The notes under the pieces were generated by a model. That model searched no databases, was not told the origin of the DNA, and saw only the letters and a list, made by a program, of their open reading frames with translations. A program made the position numbers and the translations under genes. Below, one piece after another: positions 1 through 6,845 of a stretch of DNA of 17,003 nucleotides; within the stretch, counting starts at the first letter, position 1; each line of letters opens with the position of its first letter. This DNA comes from Candidatus Heimdallarchaeota archaeon (GTDB lineage: Archaea > Asgardarchaeota > Heimdallarchaeia > Heimdallarchaeales > Heimdallarchaeaceae): NCBI GenBank assembly GCA_018238545.1, contig JABCTC010000060.1:1-17003 (forward strand), written 5' to 3'.

Positions 1-5
1 GATCC

Positions 6-106
6 TCATGATTCTTCCCCTCAACGCACGTGAGGGGACCCACTTAAACGACGGTTAGACCGCCCCTGGCAAGTTTGACCAAGTTTCATGACGTGCGTAA
101 CTTAAG
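6..106 (-). ncRNA. Putative structured RNA element (multi-stem, pseudoknot) of unknown class; may extend beyond the window's left edge
   Basis: Locally GC-rich. Perfect 8-bp hairpin 16-23/31-38 whose 7-nt loop (24-30) is exactly complementary to 92-98. TCATGA at 6-11 and 86-91. Two further hairpins pair fully only on the minus strand via G-U (GGCGGU/ACCGUC, CUUGG/CCAGG). Confidence 0.4.
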
Positions 107-429
107 AAAACATTTCGAGAAGGTCCATGTATTACAATAACCCAGTCCCATATTTTATCACTTAACCTAGTACGTAAAAGGAGGAAAAGAGGTGAAATTA
201 TAACTAAGATGCCTACTAATAACAATAGTTCCCAATCTAAAGTGAATACAAAATTATTTTTTGTAAAAAGAACAAGAAACAGTGCTAATGGAGTAATTAC
301 GAAGAAGAGAATGAGGATATCCAAAATGAGTTTCTTCCTATTATATCTATAAAGATTAGTTTCATTTTTTTCGACAACAAAACCTGTTTTAACTTCTGTT
401 TGTTCTACAATATCAGTAGTTTTCCCCAT
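55..429 (-). CDS. Small hypothetical membrane protein (2 predicted TM helices)
   Basis: ORF 55..438; ATG at 429 preferred because a TTTTAAG TATA-like box lies at 459-465. Two hydrophobic stretches: LILDILILFFVITPLALFLVLF and LLLLVGILVIISPLFLLL. Confidence 0.7.
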   Translation of the reverse strand: MGKTTDIVEQTEVKTGFVVEKNETNLYRYNRKKLILDILILFFVITPLALFLVLFTKNNFVFTLDWELLLLVGILVIISPLFLLLRTRLSDKIWDWVIVIHGPSRNVFLSYARHETWSNLPGAV

Positions 430-476
430 GAGAATCAAAAGAACAATGCTATGTGTTACTTAAAATGTTTTCTTAA
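102..476. repeat. 14-bp perfect inverted repeat pair (102-115 TTAAGAAAACATTT / 463-476 AAATGTTTTCTTAA)
   Basis: Exact reverse complements read directly from the sequence; biological meaning uncertain. Confidence 0.5.
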
Positions 477-522
477 AACAGGTCATCTGGACTAGAATCG
501 GCTGTCTTTTGCAAGAATAATT

Positions 523-630
523 TGGCGGGCTAGAGGAGATTTGAACTCCTGGCCCTCAGGTTTTTTCGATGGGAAGGCTCTCCTGCCTATCTTAAAAGCC
601 TGCTGCTCTACCTAGCTGAGCTACTAGCCC
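523..630 (-). tRNA. tRNA-Lys(UUU) with 31-nt intron at canonical position 37/38 (intron 562-592); CCA encoded
   Basis: Reverse complement: GGGCTAG TA GCTC AGCTAGGTA GAGC A GCAGG CTTTTA [intron] A CCTGA GGGCC AGGAG TTCAAAT CTCCT CTAGCCC G CCA. The mature 77-nt sequence forms a cloverleaf. Confidence 0.97.
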
Positions 631-676
631 ATGAGTTAGAATATCTTACTCACGATGTTCTTTCATTAAGCTCTTT

Positions 677-690
677 TAATAAAACTTTCG
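677..690 (-). promoter_or_regulatory. BRE-TATA promoter of tRNA-Lys(UUU)
   Basis: Minus strand CGAAAG-TTTTATTA about 47 nt upstream of the mature 5' end. Confidence 0.55.
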
Positions 691-709
691 TTTTTAATCT
701 ATTTCTTAA

Positions 710-1282
710 TTATATTGTAATCATGTTTGCCTTTGTTAGTATTGTGCTTCTTCTTGTTCCTGGGGAATTTGCTAAATGCCATACAGTATATTGTTCTTCA
801 TAAGGATAAGTTGCTGATATCGCATCTATGGGAATTACTGTTACTAACTTTCTTACAGCTGCTCCAATAGCTGTGCTAAGCACTGCTCCGCTTGCTGATG
901 TTCCAACTATTATTACCGCTTTAATCTTGTTCTCTTTTAGCTTCTTCTCTAGCTCTGTATCGTAGAATTTGTCTACACCTGCTTTGATTATTGGTTCTCC
1001 TTTTTTAGGTAAGATCTCTCTCCTCATATCTGCTTTACTTGCTGCGCTGGTTAGAGTAAAAATCACTGTCATCTCTCTCTCTCTAGCTTTTTCAAGAATT
1101 GTCTGGATTTTGTATAGAGTCTTTACACATCTTGGTCTTCTTTCATTATTACAATTTGAATTTTGCATATCTAATACGAGCAGAGCTGTTTCTCTGGGCT
1201 TGATTTTCACTTCTTGTACTTCTGGTGGGTTTGGTGCTTTTACTCTAGTCCATTCTTCTACTATCGTACTTTCTTCACTCAT
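710..1282 (-). CDS. Isochorismatase-like (cysteine hydrolase family) protein lacking the usual catalytic Cys
   Basis: TALLVLDMQN motif, K...DKFYDTELEKKL, and VGTSASGAVLSTA where most amidases have G-x4-CV-x2-T. Confidence 0.88.
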   Translation of the reverse strand: MSEESTIVEEWTRVKAPNPPEVQEVKIKPRETALLVLDMQNSNCNNERRPRCVKTLYKIQTILEKAREREMTVIFTLTSAASKADMRREILPKKGEPIIKAGVDKFYDTELEKKLKENKIKAVIIVGTSASGAVLSTAIGAAVRKLVTVIPIDAISATYPYEEQYTVWHLANSPGTRRSTILTKANMITI

Positions 1283-1392
1283 AAGCTCTTTTTACATTAC
1301 GAGTATAAATTACTATACTTTTTTTGCTTAAAATGAAACGCTTAAGTATTAGTTGTCATTTGTGATTATCGTTACTCATTTACGTGATGCCC

Positions 1393-2103
1393 ATGAAAAT
1401 CTTTGACCTTTCAAGCCGAGAACTCAATCTCCTTATCTATTTTGCTCAACTTCGTGCAAACGAGAAAGAAATTAGCATCACTACTTCACAGATTGCAGAT
1501 TTTTTCAAAACCTCACAACAGACCGCTTCTCGGTGCTTGATTAGACTAAGCAAAGAATTAGGGCTTGTTTCTTGGCGTTCAACCCGTAAAGGTTCTTTTG
1601 TTCAACTGAATCCTTTAGGCTTAGATATCTTGCACCAACTACGTTTTGAACTTGAGAGAGCTCTTTACCCTGACTTAAATAAAATCACTGTCCATGGGTC
1701 TGTTTTTTCAGGACTCGGAGAAGGGAAATATTACATCTCTCGTTCTTCTTATATGGATTCTTTTGTAAAAAAACTTGGTTTCAAACCTTTTCATGGTACT
1801 TTGAACCTTAGAATTCCATCAGATGATGTTGATAGATTAGATCTCATTCGAGGTTCTTGGCCTGTCATTATCCCTGGTTTCGAGGAAAGCGGTAGGCAAT
1901 ATGGTGATGTTTTATGTTATGAAGTAAAAATTCCTAGTTTAACAGCTAAGGTAGCCGCTATTGTCCCACGACGATCACATTATGGGAGCAATGTTCTAGA
2001 ATTGATTAGTGATGTAAACCTTAGAGAGGCTCTAAATTTGGAAGATGGTTCGGAACTTGCAATCAATTATTCTTTGAATCAAATAAGTGAGCATGATAAC
2101 TGA
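1393..2103 (+). CDS. ribK: CTP-dependent riboflavin kinase with N-terminal winged-HTH (RbkR-type bifunctional regulator)
   Basis: HTH TTSQIADFFKTSQQTASRCL; kinase motifs G-x-VFSGLGEGKYY, LGFKPFHGTLNL, VPRRSHY, LELISDVNLREALNLEDG. Alternative starts at 1384 and 1387. Confidence 0.95.
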   Translation: MKIFDLSSRELNLLIYFAQLRANEKEISITTSQIADFFKTSQQTASRCLIRLSKELGLVSWRSTRKGSFVQLNPLGLDILHQLRFELERALYPDLNKITVHGSVFSGLGEGKYYISRSSYMDSFVKKLGFKPFHGTLNLRIPSDDVDRLDLIRGSWPVIIPGFEESGRQYGDVLCYEVKIPSLTAKVAAIVPRRSHYGSNVLELISDVNLREALNLEDGSELAINYSLNQISEHDN

Positions 2104-2738
2104 TGGTTGGATCGCTAAATCACATCTTATTGAAGAAAATTTACTCTAACAATTTACATAAGCTTTTTTCAACAATTCCAACTCTCTCCAGGCAAATGGA
2201 ACTTTCACAAGACATCATTAAGGCATCTCTACTAGATATGGTTGATAATGGTATTGTAATTGAAAGTAATAATCATCATTTCCATTTGACGGAATTGGGA
2301 AGGAAGAAGATTACTATTGTAATGACTGGTGGAACCTTTGACATTATACATACTGGTCATATTTTTACTTTTGAACAGGCTCGAATGCTAGGTGATATGT
2401 TAGTAATTGTGATTGCAACTGATAAAACAGTACAGAAGTTCAAGCAACACCCTCCAACTAATTCTCAAAAAGACAGGGTTGAATTAATTCGTCATTTGAG
2501 AGAAGTAGATGCTGCTATAGAAGGTAGTGAAACAGATTTCCTTGAGACAATAGACGCTATCAAACCTGATATAATTGCATTGGGTTATGACCAGAAACAT
2601 GATGAAAAAGATTTTTACAAGAAACTGAATGAACGAGGATTCTCTCATGTAAAGATTGTAAGACTCAAAGAACACGTACTTGGAAAGTCAACTTCAAAGA
2701 TAGTTCAAGATATAATCAAGCACAGTTATAGAGAATAA
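2103..2738 (+). CDS. ribL: Archaeal FAD synthase (FMN adenylyltransferase, cytidylyltransferase fold) with N-terminal winged-helix extension
   Basis: GGTFDIIHTGH (HIGH-type), L-x-V-x-IATD, IKPDIIALGYDQ, STSKI; TGATG translational coupling to ribK. Confidence 0.88.
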   Translation: MVGSLNHILLKKIYSNNLHKLFSTIPTLSRQMELSQDIIKASLLDMVDNGIVIESNNHHFHLTELGRKKITIVMTGGTFDIIHTGHIFTFEQARMLGDMLVIVIATDKTVQKFKQHPPTNSQKDRVELIRHLREVDAAIEGSETDFLETIDAIKPDIIALGYDQKHDEKDFYKKLNERGFSHVKIVRLKEHVLGKSTSKIVQDIIKHSYRE

Positions 2739-2817
2739 AACTGACTACATTTAATCTATTTTTAACTTGAAATTCTGTTAGAAAGTTTCTTAATCAGCAA
2801 ATTTTCAGTATTATTTG

Positions 2818-4215
2818 ATGTTTATTCAAAACTCTGAAGATCTTTTAAAACTAACCCAAAATGACACTGAAAAAGAGGTTATGAATGTACTTTTATCCTC
2901 AATTAACGATCTTCTAGCTTTTGCACAACCTTCTACAATTATGTCTGATTCAATAGTTTTTGATAATAATACTTTGAAAGTAGATGGGAGTTCAATTGAT
3001 TTATCTTCCTACGAGAATTTCTACCTTATATCTTTCGGAAAAGCTTCTCAAACGATGTCTAGTTGGATGATGGATAATTTTCCGCTGTCTTTTTCGCGTA
3101 TTATTATTGTAAGCCCCGATAAAACCCATTCTAGATTTGCTTCCATGCCTTCTTGTAGATGTTTTATTGGTGGACACCCAATCCCTAATGAACAGAGTGT
3201 GTTAGCAGCTGAAGAAGTTATCAAACTCCTTCAAACACTTACTGAAAGAGACCTGTGTTTCTTCCTTATATCGGGAGGAGGTAGTGCCCTTCTAGAGTTA
3301 CCTGATTTTAACATCTCTCTTCAAGAATATCAATTATTGCAGAATAACTTACTTTCTTGTGGAGCCCCCATTCATGAAATCAATACTATACGGAAGCATT
3401 TCTCTAAGGTAAAAGGTGGGAAACTTGTATCTGTTTCAAACACCAACATTCTATCTTTCATTATCTCAGATGTGATTGGTAGTGATCCCTCTTTCATAGC
3501 TTCTGGACCTACTGTTCCTGATGAAACTACATGGAAGGATTGTGAAGCTATTTTTCAAAAATACAATCTTTTTCAATCTCTTCCTGAGGTGTTTGGTCAT
3601 CTTATTGGTCAAGGAGTAAATGGTTTAATTAAAGAAACACCCTCTGACTCATCATTATTTTCAACCACTAACAATTATGTTATTGGGGACAATGTAAAAT
3701 TGCTGGATTTCATAAAGAAAAAACTTAGTTTACACTATACTGTAGAGATTTTGGATTACAAGATAAGTGGAGAAGCTAAGGTAATTGGAAATGAGCTAGC
3801 TAAGGAGGCCGTTCAACGATACTCTAAAGCGAAAACACAGTGCAAAGATTTGTCTTTATCCTTTCTTCTATTTGGTGGGGAAACCACAGTTACTCTTTCA
3901 CCCTCTGCTGGAGTTGGTGGAAGAAATCAAGAGCTTGCGCTTTCGTTTATTTTGTCGTCAAATGCCCATAAATTCCTATTTTTAGCAAGTTTTGGAACAG
4001 ATGGAATTGATGGTAATTCTAATGCTGCAGGAGCTATTGTTGGACCATTTACTTTTACAAATGAACAAATCAGGGACGATGCTAGCAAATCTCTTTCTTC
4101 AAATGATGCTAATAGTTTCTTCAAAAAGCATGGTGGAGAGCTTATTACAGGTCATACTGGAACAAATATGATGGATATTGGAATAATCTGCATCTTGATG
4201 GATGAGCAGTTTTAA
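2818..4215 (+). CDS. gck: Glycerate 2-kinase (MOFRL/DUF4147, GLYCTK-like family)
   Basis: ISFGKAS, GGHPIP, LISGGGSALL, INTIRKHFSKVKGG, SDVIG..IASGPT, GGETTV, GGRNQELAL, GTDGIDG, TGTN.MD. TTG alternative start at 2815. Confidence 0.93.
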   Translation: MFIQNSEDLLKLTQNDTEKEVMNVLLSSINDLLAFAQPSTIMSDSIVFDNNTLKVDGSSIDLSSYENFYLISFGKASQTMSSWMMDNFPLSFSRIIIVSPDKTHSRFASMPSCRCFIGGHPIPNEQSVLAAEEVIKLLQTLTERDLCFFLISGGGSALLELPDFNISLQEYQLLQNNLLSCGAPIHEINTIRKHFSKVKGGKLVSVSNTNILSFIISDVIGSDPSFIASGPTVPDETTWKDCEAIFQKYNLFQSLPEVFGHLIGQGVNGLIKETPSDSSLFSTTNNYVIGDNVKLLDFIKKKLSLHYTVEILDYKISGEAKVIGNELAKEAVQRYSKAKTQCKDLSLSFLLFGGETTVTLSPSAGVGGRNQELALSFILSSNAHKFLFLASFGTDGIDGNSNAAGAIVGPFTFTNEQIRDDASKSLSSNDANSFFKKHGGELITGHTGTNMMDIGIICILMDEQF

Positions 4216-4847
4216 TCATCAAGATACTTACCCAATCTCTCTTCTAGTTTCTTACCTTGAACAGCTACAAATAGATCAGAAAGAGTTCTTTCAACTAATA
4301 TTCTAGCGATATCTTTCTTTCTTCTGAAATCTGACACTAGGTTTTTACCGCATTCAACTTGCATAAATGTTGCATAGAGTTCCTTCATAGTCTCATAGTA
4401 TTTTCTTGCCTCTTCTATTTCTCCTTCAACTAATTTTTCTAGAATATATCTTCTCAATTCTCCAATAAGGTCTGCAACTCCTAACAAGTAAGCTGCTTCT
4501 GTAACATTGATTTTTTCATAATTTGGGATTTTACCTACAATAAATAGCTCGTTTAGTAACTTAGCTTCAGCATATTCTTGCATTGCTGCAGAAACTATAC
4601 CTATGCGATAATTCTCTTGTTGATTTTTTTGTAATTCATTAACTATTTTTAGAGCCCCTTCTGCTTCTTCTATCTTGCTTTTTGCCTTATCAAGCTGTTT
4701 CCTATGGAAATTTTCAATGCTTTGACCTGAACATTTCAAGATTGTCCTTGATAAACTCATTAGATCGTCTCTTGCTTTATCGCTTTCAATAAGTTTTTTT
4801 TCAATTTCTGAAGCTATATCTTGGAAATTTGACATATCTACCATCAT
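4212..4847 (-). CDS. Translin/TRAX family (C3PO-like) RNA-binding endoribonuclease
   Basis: All-helical. D.ARD....SR, AMQEYAEA, YLLGVADLIGELRR and FRRKKD.AR..VERT motifs; TRAX-type acidic catalytic residues are retained. Confidence 0.92.
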   Translation of the reverse strand: MMVDMSNFQDIASEIEKKLIESDKARDDLMSLSRTILKCSGQSIENFHRKQLDKAKSKIEEAEGALKIVNELQKNQQENYRIGIVSAAMQEYAEAKLLNELFIVGKIPNYEKINVTEAAYLLGVADLIGELRRYILEKLVEGEIEEARKYYETMKELYATFMQVECGKNLVSDFRRKKDIARILVERTLSDLFVAVQGKKLEERLGKYLDD

Positions 4848-4964
4848 TCTCAGTATTATTTTTCGCTTCCTTTCAAATATGTTGTGCTTTTTAATCCTAA
4901 CAGATAGAACAAAAAATTAATATGAGGTTTGTTTTCGTTATCCGAAGGTAAAAGGAAGATAGTT

Positions 4965-6038
4965 ATGTTTCTTACGTACTACGCCAAAATAATGAAAGAA
5001 GTTGACAAATCACTAAGATCGTTTATGAAGGATCAATTAGATTCTGTTAAGGAGAACTCTTTCTTGCAGTATTTTTACAAAAAAATAGAAGATTTTCTTT
5101 TCTCTGGAGGTAAAAGAATTCGTCCTGTTATGATGATAACAACATTTTCTGCTGTTGATTCAAACAAAAAAATAGAAGCTGCCGTAAGAACTTCACTATC
5201 ATTGGAATTAATTCACAATGCCAGCTTAATACATGATGATATTATGGATAATGCTGATACACGTAGAGGAAAACAAGCTTTTCACAAAATATTTCATGAT
5301 TATGCTGAGAAAAATCATGATAATGCAAATATAAACTATGCTAACTACGGGGAATCCATGGGTATTCTGGGAGGAGATTATGTTTACAATCTTGCCTATA
5401 GAGCTATACATAATGATGGTTTTTCTCCCGAAATCACTTTAAGAGCAGCACAGGAATTCAACATTGGTTTCCTCAAAATTGTTCAAGGTGTTATATCTGA
5501 ATCAGACCTTATGGGACGTAATAATGTCACAGAGGAAGAATACATTGAAATGATTAAAGGAAAAACAGCTGCACTGTTTGAAAAATCAGCTCGACTTGGT
5601 GCGATTTTGGCTGAAGGATCAATTTCTCAAATAGATAATCTAGGTAGTTTTGCTCTAAATGCAGGAATCGCTTTCCAACTTGTAGATGATGTTATAGGGA
5701 CTTTTGGTGATTCTAAGAAAACTGGTAAGCCTGTTGATAGTGACATAAAAGAGGGTAAGAAAACAATCCTAGTAATCAAAGCCTTTGAAAATGCAAGTAT
5801 TGAACAAAAATCCATTCTTAGTAGAATTTTGGGGGATAGTGAAGCTACTTCAGCTGATGTTGAGAAAATTAGAGAAATAATGCGACAAACTGGAGCTTTG
5901 TCTTATGCTCGGAAACTTGCTGAAGAACTTTTTCAACTGAGCAAGTCATTTTTAGAAAATCTAGAACCACCCCTAAACCAACCTTACAAGGATTATTTGA
6001 TAAACATTGCAAAGATGGGTGTTTATAGAGAAAAGTGA
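4965..6038 (+). CDS. idsA: trans-Isoprenyl diphosphate synthase (archaeal GGPP-synthase-like polyprenyl synthetase)
   Basis: GGKRIRP, FARM LIHDDIMD..DTRRG, KTAALF, SARM FQLVDDVIG, GKPVDSDIKEGKKT. Start uncertain (4929 TTG, 4965 or 4992 ATG). Confidence 0.93.
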   Translation: MFLTYYAKIMKEVDKSLRSFMKDQLDSVKENSFLQYFYKKIEDFLFSGGKRIRPVMMITTFSAVDSNKKIEAAVRTSLSLELIHNASLIHDDIMDNADTRRGKQAFHKIFHDYAEKNHDNANINYANYGESMGILGGDYVYNLAYRAIHNDGFSPEITLRAAQEFNIGFLKIVQGVISESDLMGRNNVTEEEYIEMIKGKTAALFEKSARLGAILAEGSISQIDNLGSFALNAGIAFQLVDDVIGTFGDSKKTGKPVDSDIKEGKKTILVIKAFENASIEQKSILSRILGDSEATSADVEKIREIMRQTGALSYARKLAEELFQLSKSFLENLEPPLNQPYKDYLINIAKMGVYREK

Positions 6039-6047
6039 GTGAGAACC

Positions 6048-6839
6048 ATGATTCTTCCAACTGCTGAAATTGTCTGTTTGGGTAATGAATTACTAATAGG
6101 TGTAACAATAAATACCAATGGTACATTCATTGGTGAAAAACTCACAAAGCTAGGTTATGAAGTTCGAAGAACAACTTGTATTAGAGATGATCTCGAATTA
6201 GCCTCTGCATTTTTCAAAGAAGTTTTTTCAAGAAAGCCCGATGTAATAATTGTTTCTGGTGGGCTTGGACCAACATATGATGATATTCAACTTGAAGTAT
6301 TAGGGAAAGCACTTGAGGCTCCTTTGATTGAAGATGAACAAGCTGTGCGACAATTAGAAGTATATTATGGAAAAAGAAATTTCAAATTATCCAAAGAGAG
6401 GCGAAAGATGGCTCTCTTCCCAAAGGGCGCCACTATCTTAAATAATAGAGTAGGCGGTGCTCCAGGTTGTCATATACAATACGCTGGAATGGACATTTTC
6501 TCCGTTCCAGGAGTTCCAACCGAAATGGAAGATATTCTACTAAATCATGTAATTCCTATTCTAAATAAAAAGGTTGAAAACTCTCTTTTTGAGTTGAAAT
6601 TTCAAATATTAAATTGTAGTGAAAGTGAAATTGCTCCTTGCATAAATGATGTTAAAACACACTTTCCTGATCTTTATATCAAATCTCATCCTGCTTATAA
6701 GGGGAAAATTGGAATTGTTATTCACATATCTGGATATGGCAAAAAAACTGAGAGCAGCATCTGTGAAGCTAAAGCAGAAATGATAGAACTCTTTAAAATA
6801 AAAGTACCTTCTCTAATAATTAACAATTTTAAGGACTAG
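6048..6839 (+). CDS. Stand-alone molybdopterin-binding-fold (COG1058, CinA N-terminal-like) pyrophosphatase
   Basis: GNELLIG..INTN, SGGLGPTYDD, N.VGGAPG, PGVP.EM; no C-terminal PncC deamidase domain. GTG alternative start at 6039. Confidence 0.9.
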   Translation: MILPTAEIVCLGNELLIGVTINTNGTFIGEKLTKLGYEVRRTTCIRDDLELASAFFKEVFSRKPDVIIVSGGLGPTYDDIQLEVLGKALEAPLIEDEQAVRQLEVYYGKRNFKLSKERRKMALFPKGATILNNRVGGAPGCHIQYAGMDIFSVPGVPTEMEDILLNHVIPILNKKVENSLFELKFQILNCSESEIAPCINDVKTHFPDLYIKSHPAYKGKIGIVIHISGYGKKTESSICEAKAEMIELFKIKVPSLIINNFKD

Positions 6840-6845
6840 AAAAAA

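Noticed and set aside
12-42. TTCTTCCCCTCAACGCACGTGAGGGGACC resembles a type I-E CRISPR repeat or an RNase P P3 hairpin
   Set aside because: Single copy with no spacers or cas genes; the RNase P P4 consensus (GAGGAA.GUCC-like) does not follow. It also lacks the cores of FMN, TPP and SAM-I riboswitches, SECIS, hammerhead and HDV-like ribozymes as far as I can judge by eye.
969-1331. 120-aa plus-strand ORF
   Set aside because: Antisense shadow of the isochorismatase-like gene.
2484-6126. Short minus-strand ORFs 2484-2675, 3927-4124, 5226-5411, 5627-5815 and 5869-6126
   Set aside because: All lie antisense within well-supported genes and have no recognisable motifs.
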